A stretch of DNA of 64,000 nucleotides from Octopus vulgaris (GCA_951406725.2 OX597831.1:53506001-53570000); one strand, 5' to 3'; positions 1 through 13,556 are shown, counted from the first letter of the stretch. The notes: generated by a model not told the origin, from the letters alone. A program made the numbers and translations.

Positions 1-219
1 TTGCTTCTAATACTTACAGTGGGGTTGATAAAATGAAATACAAGTCAGAACTTGGGTTGCTGTAACTGACTAGTTCCCTCCTTCTCTCCCTCCCTCAGTT
101 GTCATCATCATCATCATCATCATTACTATTAAGGGGTGAGCTGGCAGAATTGTTGGCATGTTGAACAAAATTTCAGGCCTTGTGCCTATAGTAGAAAGGA
201 TTACTTTCATTATTATTAA

Positions 220-420
220 AATGGTGAGCTGGCAGAAGCATTAGCACATTGGGTAAAAAGCTCAGAGGCATTTTTTTCTGACTCTTTATATTCTGAGTTC
301 AAATACCGTCAAAGCCTACTTAGCCTTCAATTCTTACAGGGTTGATAAAATAAAGTACCAGTTCAGTATTTGGGTCAATATTATCAACTAAACCCCTTCC
401 ACCAAAAATTTCAACCCTTA
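220..420 (+). mobile_element. tRNA-derived SINE, family A (GGTGAGCTGGCAGAA head), decayed
   Basis: ggtgagctggcagaa...ttctgagttcaaat...gataaaataaagtaccag; the same motif order recurs many times in the window. Confidence 0.7.
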
Positions 421-618
421 GAAAGAATTATTATTAATATTATTCTTGTTGTTGTTGCCGTTGTTGCTAGGGTACTAAAATTGTTAGCGTGTTGGAAAAA
501 TACCACAGGGGTCGTCCTCCTGGGTTCAATAAGATAGAATAATAGTTAAGTACTGAGATGTCACACAATAGTTAGCTTTGCACCTGAATCAGAAACCATT
601 ATTATTACTATTATCAAT

Positions 619-624
<6 letters not shown>

Positions 625-651
<27 letters not shown>

Positions 652-830
652 GTTTAACGTTCATTTTCCATGCTAGCACGGGTTGGACGGTTCGACCGGG
701 GTCCAGGAAGCCAGGAGGCTGCACCAGGCTCCAATCTGATCTGGCAGTGTTTCTACAGCTGGATGCCGTTCCTAACACCAGCCACTCCGGGAGTGTAGTG
801 GGTGCTTTTTACGTGCCACCGGCACAGGTA
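625..830 (-). mobile_element. RTE LINE 3' tail / RTE-mobilised short element ending in (GAT)n
   Basis: Reverse complement matches 35070-35268, the 3' end of the intact RTE. Confidence 0.85.
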
Positions 831-1089
831 TCACAAATACAATTTCTATTTGATATTTATTTTGATGTTGATGTACTTGACTCAATAGGTCTCCTCAAGC
901 ACAGCAGGTCGTTCTGCAATCCACGGTGCTTTGGATGGGTTGGGGCTATGCGAAAACTGGTGCAGGAAGCAGCCATGAACTCACATTATTTGTCGGGTCT
1001 TTGCAGTCACAGCATATCTCCAGAGATCTCGGTCTTTCGTCCGAATAATAATGATAATAATATCATTATTATTATCATTATTATTATCA

Positions 1090-1142
<53 letters not shown>

Positions 1143-1159
1143 CATCATCATCATCATTT

Positions 1160-1374
1160 AGGTGGTGAGCTAGTAGAATCATCAGTACGCTGGGCAAAAT
1201 GCTTAGCAACATTTTGTCTGTCTTCACATTCTGAGTTCAAATTCTGCCAAGGTTGACTTTGCCTTTTATCGATTCAAGATTGATAAAATAAGTACTAGTT
1301 GAGCACTGGGGCCAATGTAATCAACTCATCAGCTCTCCTGAACTTGCTGGTCTTGTACCAAAATTTGAGACCAA

Positions 1375-1428
<54 letters not shown>

Positions 1429-1449
1429 TACTATTACTATTACTATTAC

Positions 1450-1506
<57 letters not shown>

Positions 1507-1515
1507 TACTATTAC

Positions 1516-1570
<55 letters not shown>

Positions 1571-1790
1571 TGTAAGGTGGTGAGCTGGCAGAATTGTTAC
1601 CATGCCAGGCAAAATGCTTACCGGCATTTCGTCTAACTTTACGTTCTGAGTTCAAATTCAACTGAGGTTGACTTTGCCTTTCATCCTTTCAGGGTCGATA
1701 AATTAAGTACCAGTGAGATACTGGGGTCAATGTATTTGACTAGTCTTCTCCCACAAAATTTCAGACCTTGTGTCTATTATAAAAAGGATT
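1160..1790 (+). mobile_element. Two family A SINE copies (1160-1375, 1575-1790) separated by a (TTA)n tract
   Basis: Both show ggtgagct(g/a)g..gaat, gagttcaaatt (B-box-like), ggttgactttgccttt and gataaa..aagtac. Confidence 0.8.
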
Positions 1791-2029
1791 ATTATCATTA
1801 TCATTTGTAGTAGCAGTAGTAGTAGTAGTAGTGGTGATAGTAGTAGTCACAGTAGTAGAAGTCTTATTTTTACTGTCTACTTTCATTGTACAATACAGTG
1901 TGCAACACTACGTGCCTTAGGTATGCACAATGTTTTGTTTTGCCCTCGTGTATTCTGTAGTATTGAATACACTCTTTGCAGTCCTTGCACAGTTCATTGT
2001 AGTGCTATTTTCTATGTTTTGTGTGCGTG

Positions 2030-2154
2030 TTTGTGTGCGTATATGTGTGTGTATAGTGTGTATATATATATCTATGTATATATATGTATATGTATATTAA
2101 AATATATATATATATATATGTATGTATATATATGTATATATATGTATATATATA

Positions 2155-2208
<54 letters not shown>

Positions 2209-2525
2209 TATATACATATATATATATGTATATATATACATATATATATACATACATATATATATATATGCATATACATATATATCTATGTATCCATATA
2301 TGTGTATATATATATATATGTGTGTGTGTGTACACACACATATTATTTGTATACACCCACACACAACATATAAAAGGTGGTAATCAATATGTGTGTGTAT
2401 GTGTATGTACATATATCTATATATATATACATGCATATATATATTTATATATATATATGTATGTAGGTTTATATATGTATGGCTATATGTATGCTGGTAT
2501 GCATGTGTACGTGTGTGTATATAAG
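2030..2525. repeat. Compound (TA)/(TG)/(TATG) microsatellite
   Basis: Directly visible; source of the poly-YI/CV ORFs. Confidence 0.95.
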
Positions 2526-3104
2526 TTCTGAGATTTGTAGTTATGTATTTGTTTGCCCATTTTTTTTTAACCATTCTCAATACACCTATCATTATGGGGA
2601 TTGTTTCTGTTTGCAATCCCGTCCTCCCTACATTACCGTTATCTCTATTTACAGTTCTTTATATTTGAATGGTTTTCTCCGTTTCTTTCAAATATATGTT
2701 TATTGTCTGTTGGGACTGTCATGATAATCAGAAGACGCTTCTGTTCTTAATGGCCTTTTGACCACTTTTTGCTGTTGTTGTTTCTTCATCGTTTTAAGTT
2801 TTATCCTTGGGAGAGTGTTTTGTTGGTCCATTGGAACATTTTCTATTGATTTTAATTCTTTAACTATTTCCACTTTTAGATTATTGTCATTCAGAGAATA
2901 TCCATCTTTAGAATGTTCTATTCTTAAATCTTTCTCATATTCCTCCTTGTATTCATATTTTCCTTTGTGTTATTTCTGGTTCGGCTCTTTTGTTGGTCAG
3001 TATATTGTAGGAATACCAGTGTTTGATCTTCTTGCACTTTCTTTATTTTGTTTGTTTGTCTTGCATATGTTAGGTCTAATGTTATGGTTTACACCTTTGT
3101 CATC

Positions 3105-3525
3105 AGCATCATCGTCATCATCGTCTAACGTCCTTTTTCCATGCTGATATGGGTTGGGTGGTTTGACCGAATCTAACGAGCTGCAAGGCTGTGCTGATCT
3201 CTAATGTCAGCTTTGGTATGGCCCCTAAGGCTGGATGACCTTCCTAATGCCGAACACTTTATGGTGTGTACTGAGTGGTTTTTACGTAAAAAGCACCATC
3301 CAATCGTGGTCGTTGCCAGCCTGGCCTGGCCTCCGTGCCAGTGGCACGTAAAAAGCACCCACTACACTCATGGAGTGGTTGGCGTTAGGAAGGGCATCCA
3401 GCCGTAGAAACATTGCCAGATCAGACTGGGCCTGGTGCAGCCTTCTGGCTTCCCAGACCCCAGTTGCACCGTCCAACCCATGCCAGCATGGGAAGCAGAC
3501 GCTAAACGATGATGATGATGATGAT
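3105..3525. mobile_element. Two RTE 3' tails joined head-to-head
   Basis: Minus copy 3105-3285 and plus copy 3285-3525, with (ATC)n/(GAT)n at the outer ends; the junction is the palindrome tttttacgtaaaaa. Confidence 0.65.
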
Positions 3526-4254
3526 TGGCATTAGTGAGGTTGTAAAGTAGCTTATAAGAGAGAAAAAGAATAAGGAAAATCCACCGTGACTAAGTGGGGT
3601 GGGATGAGTATTTAAGTGGCGGGTAGTGGCTTTATGCCAAGCATTGAGAAGCTGAAATAGAGAAACAAAAACAGGTGTCTTGCTATAGAGAGGATACATA
3701 GCTCCCCAATATTATATAAGGATGGGTGGGGCAGTTGGGCAGAAGCTAAAGATGGCAGTGACAGGGTGCTAGAGTGAACTCAAGTGTCCTGTTTTTTATG
3801 AGTTCACAATTTTGTTGCTTGTTTTTGTTTGTATTTTCATAATTTTTTATGTCCCTTTTTTTAAGGGTCCTGTTTCTATGTCTGATATGTTTTTACCCTT
3901 AAAAATGTATCAGAATTAATTTGCTGATCTGTTGGGATTCAAAGTTACATTCAGATCAGAGTTATTTTCTCTCTGACTATCATATGTTTGTTGTACTGGA
4001 CTCATTTTGAATGTAGAATGCCATTTTATTATGTTGCAGCCATGTAGAATTTCTTCTGTGAATTATGTTATACTATTGTTCTTTTGATTTGTCTATATAT
4101 GTGTTGTATAACTTATGTTCTTGCATTATGCAGCAGTTATGTAGAATATGTTGTGTGAATCATGTTATATGCATTGTTTAGATTATATTTGTATGTATTG
4201 TGTTGCAGGAATTGTGTTATAATTTTGTGTAGTAATTGTTTTCCATTGGCACAA

Positions 4255-4935
4255 CCATAGCTATGTGGGTAAGAAGCTTATTTCCCCACTGTGTGGTCTT
4301 GGGTTCAGTTCCACACTGTAGGACCTTTGGCAAGTGAGTTCCATTACAGCTTCAGGTCTCCCAAAGCTTTCTAAGTGGATTTGACAGATGGAAACTAAAA
4401 AGAAGCCCACCATATGTGTTTGCGTGTGTATGTGCTTCTGTGTACCCTTTTCTTATTTCTTTATTGCCTACAAGGAACTAAACATAGAGGAGAAAAATAA
4501 GGACAGACAAAGGGATTAAGTCAATTACAATTGACCCCAGTGTGTAACTGGTACTTAATTCATCGACCCCGAAGGGGTGAAAGGCAAAGTCGACCTTGGT
4601 GGAATTTGAACTCAGAATGTAACAGCAGACGAAATACCGCTAAGCATTTCGCCCGGTGTGATAACATTTCTGCCAGCTCACTGCCTTATGTGTACCATTT
4701 TCTTGACACCAACTGATGATTGTAAATGAGCATCACCATCGTACAAGCAATGTTATTTGTTTCCAGTTTTCTGTGAAAACATGTCTGACCATAGCGAAAT
4801 ATTAACTTCCTTGGAGACAGGTAAGGGTTGGTGACAGGAAGAGCATCCACCTGTAGAAAAGCTGCTGCAGCAAGTTTCATCTGACCTCAGGTAAGCATGG
4901 AAAAGTGGATGTTAAATGATGATGATGATGATGAT
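4255..4935. mobile_element. Cluster: family B SINE head (+, 4255-4415), family A SINE (-, 4455-4687), second RTE-type tail (+, 4720-4935)
   Basis: Similarity to 58211-58600, 44230-44458 and 53980-54185 respectively. Confidence 0.7.
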
Positions 4936-5307
4936 GGACTGTGTGAGTTGTGGTATTGTGGTATGTAGAATATGTTACATGAGTTTCCACATGTGTTGTG
5001 TAAGTTATATTATTGTTTCATGTAGGAATTTTGTAGAATATGTTATGTGAGTTGTGTTATAGTACAGCATGGCAATTGTTTTACATGTGTTGTGTGGGAT
5101 GTGTTATATTAATGTGTAGCAATTGTCTCAAATGTGTGTTGTGTGAATTGTATCATAAATATTGTATAGAATATGATGCTTCAGATGTGATGTTGTCTTT
5201 TTGTTACTGAATAAAAAAACTCTTTATTCATCAGACTAATGATGAAACATATATTCCAAGACAAGCAGATAGATATAAAAGTGCCAAGACTTAATCCAAT
5301 TATGCAC

Positions 5308-5531
5308 TTAACCCTTTAGCAGTTAAGCTGGCCTTATCTGGCCAAAATATTCTATCTGTTTATGCTCAAATTGGTCAGATCACACTTCTCACACCAACCC
5401 TACAATGTCATTTTAAAAATAAACAGTTATTTCAAAATCTCAAAGCAACAAGATAAAGCATGACTAATTCAAAACAATGTGAATAAATAAGCATTACTTT
5501 GGACAGAGGAATCTGAATGCTAAAGAGATAA
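5308..5531. mobile_element. piggyBac-like MITE
   Basis: TTAA-ccctttagca ... tgctaaagag-ATAA: terminal inverted repeat with a decayed TTAA target site. Confidence 0.65.
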
Positions 5532-5623
5532 CAGGAATTATACTTCCATGTTGAATATGTCTTTTGTTCATTATTTACATTATTTACATTTTCCAGATAT
5601 TTGTCCTCATCTTGCTTGCTGTT

Positions 5624-5669
5624 AACACAACGTTTCGGCTGATATACCCTCCAGCCTTCATCAGGCGTC
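5624..5669 (-). ncRNA. Minimal type I hammerhead ribozyme
   Basis: Minus strand: gacgc CTGATGA a ggctg-gagggtatat-cagcc GAAA cg TT gtgtt; stems I and II pair; stem III is the palindrome AACGTT. Confidence 0.75.
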
Positions 5670-5717
5670 TTGAGGAAATTTCGAACCTGGGTTCTCATTC
5701 TTAAGGTATTTTTGCTC

Positions 5718-5759
<42 letters not shown>

Positions 5760-5772
5760 GATATTTTATTAG

Positions 5773-5815
5773 TTGAATGATATTTCAACAGTACGTCTGT
5801 CTTTGTCAAGTTCAA
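5773..5815 (-). ncRNA. Minimal hammerhead variant with U3-A8 core pair, 3' of a Penelope ORF
   Basis: Minus strand: ttgaac TTGACAA a gacag-acgta-ctgtt GAAA ta TC attcaa, followed by AATAAA. Confidence 0.6.
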
Positions 5816-6006
5816 AATAAGAAGTGATAAAAATTCAAAATGACAGAAATTTAAATGTAAAGTATGAATGAGAGCAACCAGCGTCCACATGCTGATGGAA
5901 TGACATCATCAGTTTTTAAGTTACAATTTTATAATAGGCGAAAAGAAAAAGACAGAAAAAAGAAGACGACAGGAAAAAGGAAAGAAAAAGAGAGAAAGAA
6001 GAATAT

Positions 6007-6775
6007 TTAATCAAACAGCTTTGTATAAATTTGATGATGTTCTCCTGTCATCTTATTCATTCCTCCAGGGCGTGATGTTAATAACCCGCAAACATATTTC
6101 TCCTCATACATTCTGAGAAGTGAAAGCGAAGTAGATTCAGAATATTTTCTGAGAATATGCACTTTCAAGTCTTCTTCAAAATTGCAGCCACTTGAAATGA
6201 AATGTTCAGCAAGTTCTGTCGAAATACTGTTATTGTGCCTGACGTTGAATCTGTGCCCATTAAACCTTTTGTTTAATTGTTCTGTTGTGCAACCAGCATA
6301 AATTAAGTTGTGTTTTGTGCATTCTGCAGTGTACACCAAGTGGGAATCTTTACGTGTTCCACCTTCTGTATAAATCATAACATTTCTGTTATGATTTCTG
6401 ATGGAATTCACTTCACTCATGTTGTTGCACAATGAACAGGGCTTACCTCTCTTGCGGCTGTTCTTTAAGGTACAGCATGTAGATACTCCAATGTTCGTTT
6501 TCTTGGAGTCAGATTTAGAGGTCAATAATTCTCTTATATTCTTATTCCGTCTAAAGGCTACAATAGGCGGCTGAGGAAATCTCTGTTTGAAATGAGGATA
6601 TTTTTTTGCCACATGCTGGTAACTGTCATACACCACTTTTGAAATGCCAGCGAAATGTCGGTGCCAGTTAATCACTAAAGGAATTCTGTCATCTATTGTA
6701 TTGTGTTTGCTAAAATTATGCATATAGGTTTGACTATCTTTGCTAATCTTAGCTATTTCATTTGATATTTCCTTT
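6007..6775 (-). mobile_element. Penelope-like element, 5'-truncated, C-terminal linker plus GIY-YIG endonuclease (ORF 6007-6723)
   Basis: PIVAFRRNKNIRELL linker; CSLC; LVYTAECTKHNLIYAGCT..LNKRFNGHR; LAEHF; E-x-x-Y...GMN terminus typical of PLE GIY-YIG. Confidence 0.85.
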
Positions 6776-6781
6776 AATCAT

Positions 6782-6853
6782 GGGCATATGGTGTAGTGGT
6801 TAAGAGTGCGGGCTACTAACCCCTAAGATTCTGAGTTCGATTCCAAGCAGTGA

Positions 6854-6952
<99 letters not shown>

Positions 6953-7140
6953 TAATAATGATAATAATAATAATAAGAGCAAAAATACCTTAGGAATGAG
7001 AACCCAGGTTCGAAATTTCCCCAAGACACCTGATGAAGGTGGGAGAGTATATCAACTAAAACATTGTGTTAGCAACAAACAAGATGAGGACAAATATCTG
7101 TCAAATGTAAATAATGTACATAATTCCTCATCTTTTAACT
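6782..7140 (+). mobile_element. tRNA-headed SINE with (AAT)n body and a hammerhead-bearing tail
   Basis: A box tggtgtagtgg 6789-6799, B box agttcgattcc 6834-6844, (AAT)n 6858-6976; tail about 6980-7125 is the reverse complement of about 5570-5715. Confidence 0.75.
7025..7070 (+). ncRNA. Decayed copy of the 5624-5669 hammerhead
   Basis: gacac CTGATGA a ... aAAA ca TT gtgtt; G12 lost and stem II damaged. Confidence 0.55.
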
Positions 7141-7569
7141 ATAGAACTGTATCTTCTTTGTTATACAAGAAAGAATCTTCATGATCACATGATCTGCCAG
7201 AAACAGCAGCTAAGTTATCTTTAATTACATCTTATTGTCTTATAAAAAGGAAGATGTCTGGAAAATATAGTCCTAGACAAACAAAAAGGATGCAATGGTT
7301 ATGACTGGAACTTCCTTGATTATGAGTCTGAAAATGCATTTGTGTTGTTATATTGTGCATTGTTTTATATGTATGTGGAATTGCTTTAGAGCACAGAGGC
7401 CAGTAGAAAGAGGCCATTGAGTTGGCTGTGGAGGCAGTGGAGGTTACCTCAAAGTGGCTGTGGATCAGGAAGTGTGAGCCCTTATAATTTTTATGGCTGA
7501 TTTGGCAAAATGCTAAAAATTGATAAAAGCAGCTAAGCTCAATATAAAACCATATAGGAAAAATTCAAT

Positions 7570-7892
7570 CATCACAAATTGTGAATGAGGGTGCTGAGAG
7601 CACCTATATTGCAAGAAATAAGAGTTAAAACCCTGGCCTTATTTGCAAGAACAGCACATTTATATATACTGACAGTGGGATCTAGCTGTTCCGTTGAAGC
7701 AATGAAGTGATACTGCTGGTGAGTCCTGAAGTTAGGGATGAAATGGGATCGAGTATTTCTAGTTGTGCTCATGGGACAGTTATCTCCCCTGTCAGTATAT
7801 ATAAATGTGCTTTTCATGCAACATTTAAGGGTTTTAACTCTTATTTCTTGCAATATAGGTGCTCTCAGGACCCTCAATTACAATTAGTGACA
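7570..7892. mobile_element. MITE/foldback element with about 120-bp terminal inverted repeats
   Basis: gagggtgctgagagcacctatattgcaagaaataagagttaaaaccct vs agggttttaactcttatttcttgcaatataggtgctctcaggaccctc; related copy at 47192-47458. Confidence 0.8.
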
Positions 7893-8057
7893 ATTAAATT
7901 TTACCTATGATGTTTGATATTGTGGCTAGCTGCTTTCATCAATTTTTAGTGTGCGTATATATATATATATACATATATGTTTGTCTGTGTGTATGTGCAT
8001 TATATGTATGTTATATATATATATGTTATATATATATGTTATATATATATGTATATA

Positions 8058-8115
<58 letters not shown>

Positions 8116-8130
8116 CATATTTGTGTGTAT

Positions 8131-8200
<70 letters not shown>

Positions 8201-8524
8201 CAAAAATACTGAGAAAATTGAAAATGTATCAAATTTTGATATATATATTTTGGGTAATTAAAACAAATTTAACTTTATAACATAAGAGGAAAATAATTTT
8301 ATTCTATGTATTTATATGTAAGAAAAAGAAAAATCTAACACTGTTTTCAATGAATCAATGTTTTTGTATTATAGTTTAACTGAAAATATATTGGTATACA
8401 TATTCATAATGTAGGCTTGCCATATATAACAACAGTAAAAAGGAGAGAAGGAAAAAAGGATATGTGTAATTTCGAGTCTTTTGTATAGAGAAAGGCTTGA
8501 CATGTTACTTTAATATATTACATG

Positions 8525-8581
<57 letters not shown>

Positions 8582-8600
8582 TATATTATATATACATGTG

Positions 8601-8708
<108 letters not shown>

Positions 8709-8864
8709 GTATGTATATATGTATGTATATATAAATATATATAGATATATATGTGTTATATATATTATACATATATATATATATTATACACACATACACA
8801 CATATATGTATATTATAATGGTATAGAATTTATAACTTAAGATAATGTATTATTACACACACAC

Positions 8865-8895
<31 letters not shown>

Positions 8896-9382
8896 TATTA
8901 CAATGGTGTAAAACTTGAGTCCTCATATAAATATTCAGTTTCAATAAAATATACATGTGTGTGTGTATGTGTATGCATGTGTGTGTGCATGTGTGTGTGT
9001 GTGTGTGTGTGTGTGTTTGTGTGTGTGCATACTATCACTTTATCACTTTTATTTTTTTCCATACAAATTATTTCAATCTCAGTTATCAATTGTAATTTCC
9101 CAGCTGAGAGAAACCACTTAACTCTGTATTGAAGGGTATCTAGAGACTGGTAAAGTACTGCAGTTTACCCTAGCAGACCCTCTTTCTTTTGGGACGTATA
9201 GATTACATATATTGCTTTTGCATTTTTATATTTCATATTTCATCTTTTCCATGCATATATATATTTTTTTGCACTCAATATAAAAATCATCCACTGTTTT
9301 TGCAATCTGTCTTTTGTAATGTTCCACATTTGCTGTCCTTGTGGCAAATAAAGTACCACTCATTATTATTATTATTAATACT

Positions 9383-9595
9383 AAGGCGGTGAGCTGACAG
9401 AAACATTAGCATGCTGGGCGAAATGCTTAGTGGTATTTCATCTGCTGCTACATTCTGAGTTCAAATTCCATAGAGATCAACTTTGCTTTTCATCCTTTCA
9501 GGGCCAATAAAATAGGTACCAGTGAAACACTGGGGTTGATGTATTTGACTAGTCCCCTTCCCACAAATTTCAGACCTTGTGTCTGTAGTAAAAAG
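9383..9595 (+). mobile_element. Family A SINE
   Basis: aaggcggtgagctgacagaa...ttctgagttcaaattcc...ttcatcctttcaggg. Confidence 0.8.
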
Positions 9596-9603
9596 GGTCA
9601 TTA

Positions 9604-9920
9604 TGGCACGTGAAAAAACATTCGAGCGAGGTTGTTGCCAGTGCCGCTGGATGGGCTCCTGTGCAGGTGACACATAAAAAACACCATTTGAGCGTGGTCA
9701 TTGCCAGTACCACCTGACTGGCCCTTGTGCCGGTGGCACGTAAAAGCACCCACTACACTCTTGGAGTGGTTGGCATTAGGAAGGGCATCCAGCTGTAAAA
9801 ACTCTGCCAGATTAAGATTGGAGCCTGGTGCAGCCATCTGGTTCGCCAGTCCTCAGTCAAATCGTCCAACCCATGCTAGCATGGAAAGCGGACATTAAAC
9901 GATGATGCTGCTGATGATGA
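9604..9920 (+). mobile_element. RTE 3' tail with three gcacgtaaaa(a)gcacc-type modules
   Basis: Matches 35000-35268. Confidence 0.85.
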
Positions 9921-10189
9921 TTTTTATTATTGCTGTCATTGTTATTGTTGGTGTTGTTTCCTTTTTTAAAATTCCAATAGTCTGGTACTTATTCTTGTTT
10001 TTATAGTAAGAAGCATATGAGAGAAACAACTCCTCTTGAATGTGATGCCAGTCTACTACAGGTAACTTTCTGAACCCCATAGGTTGAATAGATGCTTTCA
10101 CCCCACCAGATCTGTAATTTAGTTATAAATTCTACAGCATTACTGATTCTTACAGCTATGTCCTATTACTGCCCCATGTTATTGCTATA

Positions 10190-10578
10190 TAGCTCATTGG
10201 ACACTGCTTGCAAAGACATGTTGAGGCAAGTGAAATCAGAATTGAAATCAAATTTGTTGACTGGCATCCGTGCTAGTGGAGCACTAAGATCACCATCCAA
10301 GTGTGATCATTGCCAGAGCGGCTAACTAAAAAAAAAAAACGATTTTTCCGTGGCTGTTGCCAGTACTGCCTGACTGGCCCTCATGCCAGCCGCACGTAAA
10401 AGCACCCACTACACTCTCGGAGTGGTTGGTGTTAGGAAGGGCATCCAGCTGTAGAAACTCTGCCAAATCAAGATTGGAGCCTGGTGCAGCCATCTGGTTT
10501 GCTAGTCCTCAGTCAAATCGTCCAACCCATGCTAGCATGGAAAGAATATGTTAAACGATGATGATGATGATGATGATG
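10190..10578 (+). mobile_element. RTE 3' UTR and tail
   Basis: aaagacatgttgaggcaagtgaaatc matches about 34730; ends in (GAT)n. Confidence 0.85.
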
Positions 10579-11949
10579 AAACTGGGTAGTCAAGATCTTG
10601 CTTTTATGTCTTGGTCATGGATGTATCGCAGAAATCACAACAGAACGTGAACCACAAACCCTTACCTTACCAGTCAGTTGTTTGACCACCTTCCATCAAC
10701 TTAGCCATCTAAATTATGAGGGAGTCTGTATGTAGACGTTCAGCTTGCTAGAATTAGCAACCAAATTCTCCCTCAGATCACATCGCATGTCTTAAAAGAA
10801 AAAGGACCCATTCAATGCATTACATCTGAATTATTGATGGGATGGTTATGGCTAGAACGTCTTTGATCATAGGTCTGCTCAATCAAGGCTGATATGGAGG
10901 GGAGGGATCTAAACAACAACAACATAATATTTAGCTTGAGCACAGTATGGATAATAGGATGGAATAGATTTATTGGGCACAGTATTGCAAAGGTGAGGCT
11001 AGAATGGTATTTTGGTATTTGAAATAATGGCATTAATTAATTAATACCATTGATGATAAGGACATTGATAGGCTTGCAGGAGAAATACTAACTGATGCTG
11101 ATTAAACTTATTGGCAATCAAAAGTCAATTGATTATCGGTCATCCATGGATACTGGATTATTGGCAATCCAAGATCAATCCAACATAGAAAATTAAAAGA
11201 CATTTGATTAGAGTTTATGCTCAGAATTCATCTTCTTTGAGAACTGATACAATTAAGGGATAATGTGGAAATTCATAATCAATATAACTTTGTGAAATTA
11301 TGATGCCATAACTAACTAGTTCAAGAAGTGGACAACTGACCCACTCCACCCAGCCCTTACCACTTTCTTGACCAATTGAAATGTTTATATCTTATGCTGA
11401 TATCAGTTCAGTCACTGACTGGAGGCTGACACATTGGTCATCATATATGGCACGGATACTTCTATCTGCTATGAGCCAAAGAAGGAGCTTCAATGTTAAT
11501 TGTTCATTTTGCTAGTAATAGCACAACCAAATATCCCTCAAATTTCAATCCCACTGACTTAAAAGCATGGACACATTATGGATTCTAAGTCAGGTTAGTG
11601 GTCACTTCTGGAACATTTTCAGTCAGATTATAGGCCAGTTTTGATTACAGTTAACCTGGTGCTAAAAGACAACAACAATAACAGAGACAGCAACAACAGC
11701 TGCAGCAACAACAACAGCAAAATCAACCACCACCACCACCACCACCACCACCACTACTACTACTACTACTTTCATCTGTTTAATTGGAAAATACTCGTTT
11801 CCAACTCAGCTGTAAGACCATATATTTCGAGGAAAGATTAGTCAATTATATCAGCCTCAGTTATCTAAATGGTACTTTACTTATTTTATCAACCTCTGCA
11901 TGAATAAGAGGCCAAGTTGACCTTTGTAGGATATCTTTTTCACTTGTTA

Positions 11950-12350
11950 GGTTTGGGGGAAGGGGTAGTTCTCATGGTCTCAACTGGCCTTCCAAAACCA
12001 TTGAGGTTGTCTGGTAAGATTGATAATCTTGATGTTTCTCTTGAACCAATTCATGTCAACACCTACAACAATGATATGAGCAAGGGAGGGTTCTATAAAG
12101 TCCAGTCCTTGTTGTAGTGCTGTGCCTTGTATGCCTCAATGACCCTGTGAACAATGCCAGTGGAGTGTAGGCTTCTGGTTGGGCATCATTTCATGCTGGA
12201 CAGGTAAAGGATAGAGGGCAGACTAATAAGGACCGATTTTTCTCAGAGATAAAAATGGGCTTGCATAAAAACAAGCAGAGTCACAGAAGCATCAATGACA
12301 ATTCAAAACCAGCAAGACCTGGGAGGAGAAAGCCTTCCTTCAGGAAATTT
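11950..12350 (+). mobile_element. Possible decayed RTE-type 5' UTR fragment
   Basis: gcctcaatgaccctg...gctggacaggtaaaggatagagggcagactaa resembles RTE/Expander 5' UTRs as recalled; not verifiable here. Confidence 0.3.
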
Positions 12351-12491
12351 CTTTCAACAATGTGAAATGAGGTGTTTTGCTTAAGAGCATAACACACCAC
12401 CAGTCTGGGAATTGAAACCACAATCTTGTGATTATGAGTGCAACATCCTAACTACCAGGCCATGCACCTTTATGTATAATATATAAAAACA

Positions 12492-12570
<79 letters not shown>

Positions 12571-12589
12571 GTGTTGTGTATGAATGTAT

Positions 12590-12640
<51 letters not shown>

Positions 12641-13360
12641 TGCATGTGTGTACATATGCATGTATAAAAATTGCCTGGAGGTGGATCCTAATTCATTTTG
12701 TTGATAATTCAATAGAATTTTTTAACTTTAAATTTTTAAGTGGCAAGCAACTCAAATTAAAAATAACAGAAATTTCATCACACAGTCCTGGAAAATAGTG
12801 CAACCCCTTCTCATAGCTTAATTTAACAACCCTAAATGGTGTGGTAGAGGAGAAGGAAATGGAATTCGATTTTCATCCTTCAGGGGTCAATAAAACAAAA
12901 AATACTAGTCAGATATTGAAGGAAGAAAGGAGGAGGAGAAGGAGGAATTTTTTGATATCACTAACTCTACACCGCTCTCACAATTTGCAGAATTGTGTCT
13001 CTGTTAGAAATGATTATTTTCTATTAATGTTATTGTTGTTGCTGTTATTGTTGTTTCGTCCTAGATCAGTCCTGATTGATCAGCCCTATGATCAAAGGCA
13101 TTCTGGTATTGACCGGATCATCTTTTCTTTTTTCCTCTTTTTCAGGTACACATATCTAATACTGCAACATACAAGGTAGTTTTCTATATGTTTGAGTGCG
13201 TATTTTATATATATATATATGTGTATATATGTATGTATTTATGTATGTATGTATATATGTGTATATATATATACATATATATATATATACACACATATAT
13301 GTATATATGTATGTATATATATATATACATATATATATATACACACACACATATATATAT

Positions 13361-13450
<90 letters not shown>

Positions 13451-13512
13451 TTATATATAAATAAATATATATATGTATATATGTATGTATGTATATATGT
13501 ACGTATATAGCC

Positions 13513-13556
<44 letters not shown>

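Noticed and set aside
6782-6856. Possible tRNA gene
   Set aside because: No proper acceptor stem, an implausible ACT anticodon, and it continues into a repeat body; it is a SINE head. The same applies at 15423, 49206 and 58211.
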